Of a stretch of 64,000 nt of DNA, positions 13,710 to 27,024 are shown in pieces. Under the pieces are notes generated by a model. It made no database searches and was not told the origin of the DNA. It worked only from the letters and a program-made list of their open reading frames with translations. How positions within the stretch are numbered: the stretch's first letter is position 1; the number at the start of each line of letters is the position of its first letter. The DNA is from Octopus sinensis (taxonomy: Eukaryota). The position numbers were made by a program, and so were the translations under genes. The stretch is from contig NC_043004.1 in NCBI RefSeq assembly GCF_006345805.1, forward strand, positions 84,444,001 through 84,508,000. The letters run 5' to 3'.

Positions 13710-14477
13710 AGTGTGTGTGTGTGTGTGTATCATATATTTTGTTGCATCTAATCAGGTGCTAAACGTACATTATTCACTTATATGTTTAAAATTAGCTTAG
13801 ACTCAGAATGTTACCTCCAATGGACGCAATACTATAGTTATACAAGTCAAAGTCTGTGTAGTTATAAGTCGTGGCAAATTAGATAAAACAGCCAATATTA
13901 TATCTAATTATTTTCTTTCCCTTGCAATATGATGACAAAGGTGATAATATATGTTGTTGAATTTGCTGATGCTGCTCTTTCGCCTCAGGTTTCGTTTGAT
14001 CGCGCAGACCTACTGACAAATTCCTTTCAGCAAGGTCTATCCTGTCTCACAAAAGTTGTTCAATTTAGATAATGTAATATAGTAATCTCCATTTGTAACA
14101 CGCTGTTCTTGCGGTGCGAGCGAGCTGCAGGAGAAGAAATTGCATAAGGAATCCATCATTGGGAAGCTGTTAGGTAATTACGTCTACGCCTCATTTTCAA
14201 TTTACCTGAACAGATCTATTCTCATAAGTATTCGGGCTGCTTAGTTTGAATCCTCGATGGATTGTAACCAATTCGGCAACACAAGAAAATACTGCCCAGC
14301 TAATGCAGATCCTGTGTACTTTGTGGAGGAGGTAAGGTGAGTGATATTTCTAGCAAGTCACATCAATGCACAAAGGTGTATATAATTAAATAGTGTCTAT
14401 ATGCGTGAATTTGTGAAGTAATTATTTTCTTACGACCACGTCATATTTTGTTTGCTTTCGGGTGTCACTACTATGCT

Positions 14478-14482
14478 TTATT

Positions 14483-14519
<37 letters not shown>

Positions 14520-14915
14520 GCTACTACTACTACAACTAACACCAACACGACGACGACCACCACCACCACCATAACCACCCCACACCACCACCACCATCAC
14601 CACCACCACCATCGTCACCACCACCACCACCACCACCATCACCACCACCACCATCACCACTACTACTACTAATACTACTACTACTACTACTATTACTACT
14701 ACTACTACTACTACAACTAACACCAACACGACCACCACCACCACCACCATAACCACCACCACCACCACCACCACCATCACCGTCACCACCATCATCACCA
14801 CCACCACCACCACCACCACCATCACCACCACCACCATCACCACTACTACTACTACTACTACTACAACTAACACCAACACGACCACCACCACCACCACCAC
14901 CACCATCACCACTAC

Positions 14916-14948
<33 letters not shown>

Positions 14949-15077
14949 AACTACTACTACAACTAACACCAACACGACCACCACCACGACCACCACCATC
15001 ACCACCACCACCACCACCATCACCGCCACCACCATCACCACCACCACCACCACCAGCACCATCACCAACACCACCAT

Positions 15078-15128
<51 letters not shown>

Positions 15129-15150
15129 CACTACTACTACTACTACTACT
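14478..15150. repeat. Compound (ACT)n/(ACC)n triplet array with higher-order repeat
   Basis: Marker 'acaactaacaccaacacgac' recurs at about 14532, 14713, 14863 and 14959. Confidence 0.95.
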
Positions 15151-15607
15151 ACATTCACCCCAACCATTCTTCTATTAAGCATGCTATATAAAACTAGACT
15201 ATAAACGTATTTTAGCAAATGTTATTGAAGTAAAAACATGTCCTCTCATATGTTTTATCGCCAGACAACAAGAAACATATTTTTCTTAAGTAACAATTTT
15301 GGTGTATCATAGGTTATTGCACATATCTACCCTTCATTCTTTTTTGTGACTCCTAATTTTAACCGAATCATCATTTTATCTGCTCTGGAATCTGAAATAA
15401 TTATGATAGAATTTGCATATTACCAGTCAAATAATTGAGTTGGTATTATGGATAAGCACCTTTATTTTAATCTATGAATCTGATGCCTAAATCAGAACTT
15501 CTTTTTAGTGCAACTGCTATTTCTTGAATTGTTGCGTCCGAGAAAATCATGTTCTGGCGTCCGCGCGCATGTGTGTGCGTGTGTGAGTGTGAGTATGAAT
15601 AAACGTG

Positions 15608-15676
<69 letters not shown>

Positions 15677-15749
15677 ATGTGTATACTTATACATACATAC
15701 ATACACACACAAACACACATATATATATATATATGATTTTGAATTTGAT

Positions 15750-15792
15750 TTTTCCAGTTTCAGCTTATGAGCTGTGGCCATGCTGGGGCACC

Positions 15793-15797
<5 letters not shown>
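15750..15797 (-). mobile_element. 3' tail fragment of SINE family B-like element
   Basis: 'tttcagcttatgagctgtggccatgctggggcaccgcc' resembles the family B tail at 42250 and 63440. Confidence 0.6.
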
Positions 15798-15829
<32 letters not shown>

Positions 15830-15833
<4 letters not shown>

Positions 15834-16072
15834 GCCATGTTGATTCGTTAGTTCCTGCACGCATTTTTTTCTCTCCTTGTTTCTCTCCTTGTTTCTTTTC
15901 TGTGTATCTCTCTGTCGAAGAGCGTTGGCTCGATACGTATAAGACTTGTTTTATTTCTATTCCTGAGCGCCATACTAATACAATTGTTTGTTTGTACTCC
16001 ACCTGCCTTCGTTTTTTGTTTATTTTCGTAAACCTGCTTTCGTCTTTTGTTTATTTTCGTAAACCTTCAAGT

Positions 16073-16075
<3 letters not shown>
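15830..16075 (+). mobile_element. Short PLE-like tail repeat, copy 2, with decayed hammerhead motif at 15907-15944
   Basis: TCTCT-CTGTCGAA-GAGC(GTTG)GCTC-GATAC-GT-A-TAAGA, then ~140 bp shared with 11504-11645. Confidence 0.68.
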
Positions 16076-16129
<54 letters not shown>

Positions 16130-16381
16130 TGGTTTAATAAAGTATGTGATTGGTTATTATCTGGTAATTGATATTTGATTTGGATGTATTTCTCCATTTT
16201 CTTATTTTGTATTATGAATTTGTGGTAAAACACTTTACCATTGCCCATATAATACAGTAAATGAATTAATTGCATCGCAATTCTTAACATTTATGTATTA
16301 ACCTTGTTGGGTACTTCACTAGCAGAATATTGGATATATGTTATCCCATGGAGGGTTGCATTTACAACCACTATCTCAATT

Positions 16382-16440
<59 letters not shown>

Positions 16441-16847
16441 ATATATATATATATACACGCATTTAGATATATGTATATCGTGGCACTTATGTTATATTAT
16501 CAAATTGACCAAATGCGCTTTTTTTTTAAAATTTAACTTTGTTTGCAATAGCTAGTTATTTTGGTCAAACTATCGTATCTCCAGCCGCTTCAGATGCCAA
16601 GGTATGAAAATTGCCAAATTGTGGTACAACGGTTTAGCATTTTTCAAATGTGTAGTAAGTCCCATATATGACAATGTTGCCAAAAAACTATCACACATGC
16701 ATGGAGTTAAGATTTAATGCACCCAACAAAGTATTAGCGTTAAGCTGAAACTGTTTTGCTAATGTAAAAATAAATGGAATGTGAAAACTATTTTTTCATG
16801 TTTACGACACTTTTGCATAATAGCAACGGTATATATATATATTATAT

Positions 16848-16889
<42 letters not shown>

Positions 16890-16904
16890 AACACACACAC
16901 ACAC

Positions 16905-16936
<32 letters not shown>

Positions 16937-16953
16937 ATATACACATATGTATG

Positions 16954-17022
<69 letters not shown>

Positions 17023-17097
17023 GTTTGTATATATATATATGTATAATATATATGTATAATATATATATATATGTATATATATATATATGTATATATA

Positions 17098-17150
<53 letters not shown>

Positions 17151-17959
17151 GACACAAGTACACGCACGCACACGTAGATACACACTCACACACACAGAGA
17201 TATATAACGTACATTAGAGCATGTAATAATATAAGTTTATAATATATGTGCTTAATAATAGAGCTCCTAACAAAAATACTTGAATTACATTCCCGAAAAT
17301 AAAACTTTTTGCCTGCATTTTTTAACTACCGAGTGTCTCTTATTTTGTAGGATTGTGTTGCGAGAAACATGTCCACTGCCTTCTGGTGCTGAAATATTTT
17401 GGGTGCCAAATGACAACGGTCACGATATGAAGTGTTTTTGTTTTTTTTTCCAGCGTGAGACCTTGTTTTCATTTCAATCGTAGTTCATATTACAGAATAA
17501 ATGTAAGCACTTATATGATGAGGATTAGTAAATATAGAGAGGAAAATGGACAAAATCATATAGATATAAGTGGATTTTGTGATAAACTTTTGACATTTTC
17601 CTTTGATTAATAGCCCCGATGCAATGTTAATATATGAGATAGCAATCAAGAATCTTACATTTCTCTCTCTGATGTCAGAATAAATACATTGTTCAGTCGT
17701 TGTTCGCATTTTTCAACCAAGTGGGTGGTTGACTAGCTTCGAAATATTTATGTCTCGTCGGACAGCTGAATGCAAATGACTAGTCGTGAACAAGGTTTTG
17801 ACACACAAAATTATTCGGAATACCAGTCATCTTGAGCGCTATGGTTCATGAGGTTCATGAGGTTCATTGTTCTATACATACTTCTACTTTGTGTAATTGA
17901 ATGACAAAACGGGCGTGTTGCAAACACGGTGGGATCGGGCGGGAAAATCGAATAAGTTT

Positions 17960-19330
17960 TAGGAACTAGCAATAAGAAACCAGTTTAATGCGAGACCTGG
18001 TTTGAAATTTAAAAGATGCACTTAAGAAAAGCGGCGTGCCTGAGATAGCCTGCGTTATGAGAGGAGATACACCTTCTATAAAGCAAGACAGTGCGTCGAA
18101 ACTTAGACACATTTCGTCCATTGTGGGATTGTGATGACCACGTGGTATACGATTCCAAGTTTATATGGCTTTTCATCGATATTTTGTTCGAATTTAGCAC
18201 TATATTGACGATTTACAAAAGAAGCATCACCGCCTGTCACAATGGCCTGCTTGTACATTAAGTAGAGACAATGACTAAAGCTGAAAGCAGATAGCAGTGG
18301 TTGAAATAAAAACAACTGTTATCTAGATTTTCGGGATGACATCAACAGGAATTTATGGTCTACAGCAAAGTTCTGCCAGATATTTGACTAAATTTGCAGT
18401 AGAGCTTGTGAATAGAAAGTTCTCTATGATGGGAGACTTTGGACCATTAGGAACATATTGATTTTTATCCGGCCTATAATTCTGTTAAATAAAGATTTTA
18501 AGATACTGGTTTGTCATCTTTGGTTTGATGGGTTATGGCGTGGACGTAAACGGATTTTAATCTGATCGATTTATGTCCAACTACAGTGCAAATGACACAT
18601 GTACCAATAACTATGGCTTCATCACTATAGCTGTTTTGAGTTCCGTATAGATACTTAAGTGATGTGATGCAGACCAACTGGTTGCTAGTTAGAATAAATA
18701 AGTTTTCATTTTACACTCGGTCAGCTGATGTTGTTCCACCTCCTATCTTCCATATGTACTTTTTGAACTGCAGTTGCATAATCTTGGAAGTTTGTCGAAC
18801 ATTTCACGCAAGCTATAATGCAGATCGTCTGTGTCAGCGTATGCAGATGCCGACATGATCATAGTGCCAAAACCAAGCATATCGAGTTGATCGATTTCGA
18901 AAAATGGGAGTATGAAACAGTGATATGAGCAACAATTAATCAGAATTGTATGGGAGTGATTCCTAGTATATACAACTGCAGGTCTACGGTGTCCGTAGCA
19001 TTACAGAGAGTTAGCCAGACGGATTTTCTAAACAAATCCGGACTGGTTCGAACAAAATCTTTCACAAATATTCCGTGCCAGATCATATTTTGATGTCTGG
19101 AAATAATCAAACATCTGGTGTCATATTTGGGAAACATCTAATTATCTATTGAATCTGTCGGGAAGGCAAAAGCAGCATCACTTTCCTTTGGCTGAGAAGG
19201 CCAGGCGAAATAAGTTTCAGCGTATAAAAGATTTCAAGCAGTTTCTGCAACGGTTAAGCCCTCAACAACGATTTGAAGTTATACTTACGTGGCGAAAAGA
19301 AACTTTCTATATTCCTGAAAATTCATTTCC
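17960..19330 (+). mobile_element. Highly decayed L1/Tx1-like non-LTR retrotransposon RT region
   Basis: RPIILLNKDFKIL at 18470-18508 (cf. RPI(S/T)LLNxDYKIL of L1-clade RT) and SAYAD at 18834-18848 (YADD motif remnant), colinear, with many stops and frameshifts. Boundaries approximate. Confidence 0.68.
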
Positions 19331-20360
19331 TTGAGGTCAGTAATTTTACTAGAGGTCAATCGTGCCAACAAAATAGAGATCGATCACGCAAGTATGAATT
19401 CATGCCGTTGCAGTATTCATTATTTTGTCTTGTTCCTTATAGAAGACTAACCGTTCTCCATGCAATTAATCTCGCCTCCACTGGACACCGTAAATGTTCA
19501 AGGGTAAATTAATGTCGAAGTATCTTCCTACATTTGCCATCGTAGTCCTTTATGTAAGAAAGCAAATATTTGAAAGATAACAGACTTCATCGCCAGTCCG
19601 ACGCTACAAAGTGATAATGTTTTAACAACATGGAAAAGAGGAAGAAAAGCAATTTTGTCTTCATTAAAATTCGAAACCAGATTTTAAAATAAGTGTAGAG
19701 AGTCGGAACACCACACAACAACTTATCGGCCGATGTAAGAGCGCAGATAATTGCCCGCCATGTTTAGTTGGAGAAATCAATATTATTAATGATTTTAGTG
19801 TTTTTGCTTCCTTTATTGTTATTGTTGTTATCATCATCACCATTATTGTTGATTTGGTCCGTTATTGTTGTTGTTATTGCTCGCATTAAGTGATAGCAAT
19901 CACCGTTACAAATAACAGGAACCACATCATAATAATCAGCATCATCATTATCAGCAACACCACCGCTACCAGTAGAATTACCAGCGTCACCATCAACATC
20001 CCACTACCATCACAACTACGATCAACATCGTCATACTGTTGTTGCTATGCCTATTTGCATAACGACTGTGATATGCTTTTGCGGTTTATTAGATTTAAAC
20101 AGGAAACTCATTAGAATAGATTAATAGCGAATTATTTAGTTATGTTTTTATCATATTATTTTAACATATTATTTACTTTCGTTTTTCCATCATATATATA
20201 TGAGTCATATTTCTATATGTATGTATGCATATATATATATATATGCATATGTATGTATATGTATATAATTATATATGTTTATATATAAGTATATATATAT
20301 ATAAATTTATATATATGCATATATATAATATATATATAAATTTATATATATATATATATA

Positions 20361-20477
<117 letters not shown>

Positions 20478-20814
20478 TTCGATGTTCATTTAATTATTAA
20501 GAATTATGAAATTATATAAGGCAGAAATATATTTTATAACTTTATAGTTTTCAGTATAATCAAATTTTATTTATTTAGTTTAAAATGTAATATACTTAAC
20601 TGCATTCTTCAAATTTTCCGAACAGATAAATATTATGAAGCTAATTATGCATTGCACTACACAAATATAAGAATTATTTCTTCGCTATCTCTTCAAATAT
20701 CTCCCGGGTTTGTGCTTCTATTTCTGTAAATTGCCCCTTTCGTTCATCACGCTAAGAACATTTTTTTATTTGGAGGAAAGTAACACAAGTATATATTGAA
20801 TATTTTCATGATTT

Positions 20815-21202
20815 CACCAATTTATGCACAGGGCCCGATATTTTTAGGGACGGGGCCAGTCAGTTAGATCGACCCCAGTAAACAACTTGTACTTAATTTA
20901 TCGACACTGAAAAGATGAAACGCAAATTCGACCTCAGCCGGATTTGAAAACAGAACGCAGACAGACGAAGTACATATTTCTTTACTACCCACAAGGGGCT
21001 AAACGCAGAGAGGATAAACAAGGACAGACAAACGGATTAAGTCGATTATATTGAACCCAGTGCGTAACTGGTACTTATATAATCGAGCCCGAAAGAATGA
21101 AAGGCAAAGTCGACCGCGGCGGAATTTGAACTCAGAACGTAGCGGAAGACGAAATACCGCTAAGCAAATCTTCCGGCGTGCTAACGTCTCTGCTAGCTCG
21201 CC
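20815..21202 (-). mobile_element. SINE family A, dimeric form (full monomer + headless second monomer)
   Basis: Minus strand: 'ggcgagctagcagagacgttagcacgccgg..gttctgagttcaaattccgccg..ccccttgtgggtagtaaagaaatatgtacttcgtctg..tcgataaattaagtac'. Confidence 0.88.
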
Positions 21203-21313
21203 GGTTTCTGTACGTAGAGCATATTAACAAATATACATGTATGAATATATTACAAATACGCTTACATATATGTATACATACACACACAAATACATACCTA
21301 TATGCATACACAT

Positions 21314-21405
<92 letters not shown>

Positions 21406-21794
21406 GTGTGTTTTTGCGTGTGTATGTGCGTGTGTGTGTGAATCATTGGGAGGAATCATTTCGCAATCCAGGAAGATGTGGAAACTGACATTTCAGAGTT
21501 CTTCACTTTCAAACGAAAAGAGTTTTACATTGTTTGGATTAAAAAGCTTGTAAATAGATGAGAGGAAGTCATAGATGATCAAGGAAAGTACATGATGATT
21601 AAATTTAACTTAAATATAACATTTGATCACTTGTTTTCTTTATTCAAAATTCGGACAGAACTTATGGGATGACCTGATATCAAAATAATTTGTTATAAGT
21701 TAGTATGGTGGTTAAGATGCTGATCATAGTCAATATTCTTGTACCAGAGACAAAAATGTCAAAAGATCACAGAATTAAAATATTGCGCTGGCTG

Positions 21795-21826
21795 CAGCAG
21801 CAGCAACAACGACAACAACAACAATA

Positions 21827-21906
<80 letters not shown>

Positions 21907-21962
21907 CACTACTAATATTACTACTACTACTACTAGTACTTCTACTACTACAATATTATTAC
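21795..21962. repeat. (CAG)/(CAA)/(ACT)n triplet array
   Basis: Direct reading. Confidence 0.92.
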
Positions 21963-23369
21963 TGGGTGTTATATTTAAGATTGCACATTCTGATATGAGA
22001 TTTCATTTACCCTGGAACATGAAGCTTAAGACAAATTTTAATTGTTGTTTCTGACTTCACGTTGGTAGGAGGGCCTAAATAGATACGTGCGGTCTATATG
22101 TATGAACGTAGAACGTGAATAGAAAGGGCACTTCGTTTAATCGATATAATTCCAACTATAATCACCATCCACCGTATCGCTCTTCTTTAACACGTACTAG
22201 ATTGTAGCACAACTATGTTTCATAATTTCATGTTACAAGTATTCACCTACTGTTTCTACTTTTCATTGCAAGGGTTTTCACACATAACTATAGATAATAG
22301 TGTTTCTAACAAGTGGAAATATTTATAACCCCCATATAAATCAATTTCACAAAATAAAATAAAAAATTTACAAAAATATATTAAATATCTTAGTATTTCA
22401 AAATTACTATTTCCTTTGATTTTCGAATTAAAACTCATTTTTCTAAATCTAAATAGTGTTTTGTGACTTACCAAGTGAATTATTCTTTGTTTAAACACTT
22501 AAATATTACACACCTATTATTTAATTTTTAATTTGCAAAGCTTCACAAAAAAAAAAAAATATGAAAGTTTTCTTTAGTTATCAGTTAGGGAATAGTGTGA
22601 AAACACGAGAGAGAGAGAGAGAGAGAGGCAGAGAGAGACAAAGAGAAATGACGTCAAATACTTTTAGACTGATATTTCACAAATTGCATTCATTGTTTAT
22701 TCATAATACGTGAGTTTAATCATTACCCCACAGAGGGAATACAGTTCAGTTTTAATTGCCTCAACTATTGCGGTTCTAGGTCAAGTGATTTAATAGCATT
22801 TATCTTGTTAATAAGCTAAATAACTCATAACAATATGTTATTCTTTTCATGTGCTGATCAATGTGCTTGATCTTCTTTTTTCAATGGAAACAATCTACAT
22901 AATTTCATTACAGCCAACAAGTAAATCTATAATATTTTATGCCACATTTACTCTCCACCTTCGACAATTGTAGGTTTCAAAAGCTAATTATGAATCTATT
23001 ATTTGTTGAACTCAGCGTGATAGGAAAAGAACTAGGTGGGTGTATCGATGATATGAAGTTAATATTTTCTACGCACATTCTCTTGTGTTTTTTATAATTC
23101 CGTCAAAGTTAACTTTCGCTGAACTATAATTGATATTTGTTACTAGTAAGTCTCCTACTACCAGGATATTATATAACACCAGACAGTAATGCATTTTACT
23201 TAGTATTCGTTCTGTAATTATTTTTCAATATGCACCATGCGTTGGGGTAGTAGCGTGAGGCAGTGTTTTGATGTGGAAAATGTTTTGTTAACAGATAACA
23301 TTATTTTCAATTACTATATGAATATTTCACTGCAACGAGCCGATAATAAATACATGCATGTTTAAAAAT

Positions 23370-23520
23370 ATATGCATGTATGCATGTATGTATGTATGTA
23401 TGTATGTATGTATGTATGTATGTAGTATGTATGTATGTATGTATGTATGTATGTATGTATGTATGTACGTATGTGCGTACGCATGTATGTACGCGTGCCT
23501 GTACGCATATATGAACGTGC
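23370..23520. repeat. (ATGT)n tetranucleotide repeat
   Basis: Direct reading; a second array lies at 60955-61085. Confidence 0.93.
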
Positions 23521-24454
23521 GTATAAAAATTGCGATTTAATTTCCCAGTCTGCTGTTTGTTTTATCGAAGGATTGATAGTGAAACAATTGCAAATATGTG
23601 AGCTGAACGTTTCATCCTTCGCAAGTCAGTATACGCCCAGTCCGAGAATTACTAGCGTTAAAATGTATGTGTGTATATGTATGTGTGTGTGAGTGAGAGA
23701 AAGACACACAGATGGAGCTATGATAACTTCGGGATAGTAATTGACTGCTAGATTTATTCTGAATGAATATAAAAAAAATTGTCATCGGAGAGATTTGAAG
23801 TCACAGAAGAGAGAACCAATACTAAAAGGGAATATTCCATCCACGGTCTAACGACTTACTAATTCCGTATTAATACTTATATATATAATCACGCTCTCAG
23901 ACTTTAACATGCATTAAGTTTGCAACGAAATTTGAATACTTATTTCTCTTTAAAATTATAGCTGTAAGAACATCTGGTATATGCATCTAAAATGCTCTAT
24001 AGATAGAGCTCACCGTGCAGTTAATGCTGATGAGCTGTGCTTTTGGACCGGGATACACAGCAGTTACGCCAGACACCGTACGACACATGATATCTTATTG
24101 TTCTATGTGAATACGCATTTTGAATGGATATTTTCAGCATGCAAATTTAAATTACATTAGTGCTAACAAAACGTCCAAGTGCAGTAAATTATATCTCTGC
24201 CAGTTATACAATAGCATTTATTGTGGCTAATTTTATAAATATGACATACAGGTTTTGCATGTGAGGGTGTGTAATCTCGAAGATAATATAGATTTTGGAC
24301 CGAATGTTGAGTAACTGAACGTCTGTGCACAATTAGGAGAATTTAGAATGTCTTACAATTAATTCTAGTTTCGTAGATGCTACTTTCCATGAACTTTAAC
24401 TTGTTCCACTGGAGAAAATTAGGGAAGTTTATTTGGTATGCGAATGTAAAGACA

Positions 24455-24560
24455 GACAAAATGCTTATCGGCATTTTAACCGTCTTTACGTTTTAAGTTC
24501 AAATTCCGTCGAGATAGACTATGTCTTTGCACGTCTTGAGATCGATAAAATGAATATTAG
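24455..24560 (+). mobile_element. SINE family A fragment
   Basis: 'aaatgcttatcggcatttt..tacgttttaagttcaaattccgtcgagatagac..gatcgataaaat'. Confidence 0.6.
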
Positions 24561-24916
24561 CTTAGCACTGGGGTGAATGTTGTTAACTTGTTGCGTGTTC
24601 CGATATTGGTAGTTATGTGCCAAAATTTAAAACTAGCTTTATATCCCCAGTTCATATATTTTTGTGTTATTACAAATTGTACATTCTCAGAATTAATGAG
24701 GGAACAATTCCAATTTATTTCATATATTTGAGATAGATTTCGTATTGTGATTTTCATTAACATAAAAAAATTTACTCTTTAATATTAATTTCGAGTGAAG
24801 ATAAAAAGCCGCAGCAATACATATATTCCCGTCTTGCAAGTTTATAGAACGCTACTAATACACTTGCGACTGAATGATTATCATGTTATAATTTAATCTT
24901 TCATTATTACTGAAGT

Positions 24917-25700
24917 CTCAAATTCCTCCGAGGTCAACTTTGCCTTTCATCCTTTGACTTGGGCTCGATAAATTAAGTACCAGTTGCGTACTGAATTCAA
25001 TATAATCGATTGGCCCCCTTCCCCCAAAATGTCGGGCTTCGTGCCTAGAGTAAAAAAGTTTATTACTGACGTTTCAAAGGCGGTGAGCTGGCAGACTCGT
25101 TAGCACGCAGGGCGAAATACCTAGCGGTATTTCTTCTGCCTTTACGTTCTGAGTTCAAATTCCGCTGAGGTCGACTTTGTCTTTCATCCTTTCGGGGACG
25201 ATAAATTAAGTACCAGTTACGCACTGGAGTCGATTTAATCGACTTAATCCTTTTGTCTATCCGTGTTTGTCCCCTCTATGTTTAGCCCCACAGTGAGCAA
25301 TACAGAAATAAAAATCGTTAGCTCGCTGTGCGAAATGCTTAGCGGAATATATATGCTTAGCCCGTCGCTACATTTTCAGTTTACATCCCGGCGAGGTCGA
25401 CTTTGCCTCTCATCATTTCGGAGCCCATCAATTAATTACCAGAGAAATGCTAGTCCCCTCCCTAAAAAATTTAGGGGTTGTTGCTTTAGCAGAAATGATT
25501 ATTACTGTTGTCTCAAAGGCGGTGATCTCACAGAATTCTTAGTGCACTGGGTCAGATGCTTAGCGGCGTTTTGTCTGTCTGCACGTCCTGAGTTCAAATT
25601 CCACCGTTGTCGACTTTGTCTTTCATCCTTTCACTGTCAATTAGATTAGTACCAGTCACGCACTAGGATCGATACAATTGATTAGTCCACTCACCGCAAA
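24917..25700 (+). mobile_element. Head-to-tail array of four SINE family A units
   Basis: Units start at about 24917, 25078, 25316 and 25516, each with the 'aggtcgactttg(c/t)ctttcatc' core, all in the same orientation. Confidence 0.85.
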
Positions 25701-26640
25701 TAACAGGCCTATCTGTATGTTATGTAACCAAATTAAATATTTACAAAAACTCTTTGTTTGCGTAACGAATAGTGTTTAATTTTCGCAAATATTCACTATA
25801 ACTTACTGCCTTATTTTCTTCTGTTAGTAAGTATGTACGAGCAAACGTGTTCATAGACTTGTAAACTTGGGTACAGTTGTATTTGTTAATACGGTAGCTG
25901 TGTATTGCGCCTAAATTTCTTGGTATTCCATCAAAATTTCAAAATCTAAATATAAACATATTTGTCTTTTTAGAGAGCAGCATAAATTGACACAGCCTTT
26001 GCTTTTATTTTAAAGATAACAAGAAAGATGCGTAGTTGTATAAACACTGCATACTTGATATTCTGTCAAAAGCATATGCTACGTTATTGTCCATAAAGAA
26101 AAAAAATATCTGGCATCAGATTCTTCACAGAAGATATAAATACAAACACTTTGATTTATTGTACAACCATATAAATCATTTCTTCTTGTTCTCTTTTAAA
26201 TTTTAAATACATATTCAAAGCATTACTGGTCAGTTCATTCTAACAAACCCTTCAGGGGTGGGGAGGTAACTATTTTGTAAATCTCTTTTTATCTTCATAC
26301 ATTTTTGTATGCTTTTTCTGGAAGTCGATAAATTTATTTTCTTTATTATAATACATGTACATATATATATATATACATATACATGTTTATATATATATAT
26401 ATATATACATACTCTCTATACATGCATATATATATATATATATTTTGTTGAAATTGAAAGATGAATTATCTTGTTACGGATTATTCAAAAGAGAAAGCTG
26501 CAATATGGTATCCTTATTTAATCAGAATTTGGAAAATTGTGGCCTTTGAAACATGTGTAGAATGTAATAAAAGGAATTCTGTACAATCTTCGTTCAACTC
26601 CATTTCTTCCATTCACTAATTATATATATATATATATATA

Positions 26641-27024
26641 TTCTTTACTCTCTCTTTTACTTGTTTCAGTCATTTGAGTGTGGGCATGATGGAGCACCGC
26701 CTTTAGTCGAGCAAATCGACCCCAGGACTATTTTTGTAAGCCTAGTACTTATTATATCTGTCTCTCTTGCCGGACCGCTCATAGACGGGGACGTAAATCC
26801 ACCAGCATCGGTTGTCAAGCGATGTTGGGGGTACAAACACAGACACACAAACATATACATACACATATATACATATGTATGACAAGCTGCTTTTAGTTTC
26901 CCTCTTTGGTCACCCCGAGGCTATAGTAGAAGACACTTGCCCAATGTGCCATGCAGTGAGGCTGAACCCGGAACCATGTGGCTGGTAAGCAAGCTGCTTA
27001 CCACAGAGCCACTCCTACGCGTAT
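26641..27024 (-). mobile_element. SINE family B, near full length, in TA microsatellite
   Basis: Complete tail-to-head match with 63415-63872; TA repeats on both sides. Confidence 0.9.

Noticed and set aside
14478-15218. 246-aa poly-Val ORF on the minus strand
   Set aside because: Stop-free only because it is the antisense of an ACT/ACC array.
17351-17430. Acceptor-like site followed by IVLRETCPLPSGAEIFWVPND; similar candidates at 2.6, 12.4, 14.1 and 48.8 kb
   Set aside because: Short, no recognisable domain, no consistent exon chain.
24027-24061. CTGATGA followed by a GCTGTG/CACAGC stem
   Set aside because: No GAAA or NUH after stem II; incomplete hammerhead, probably chance.
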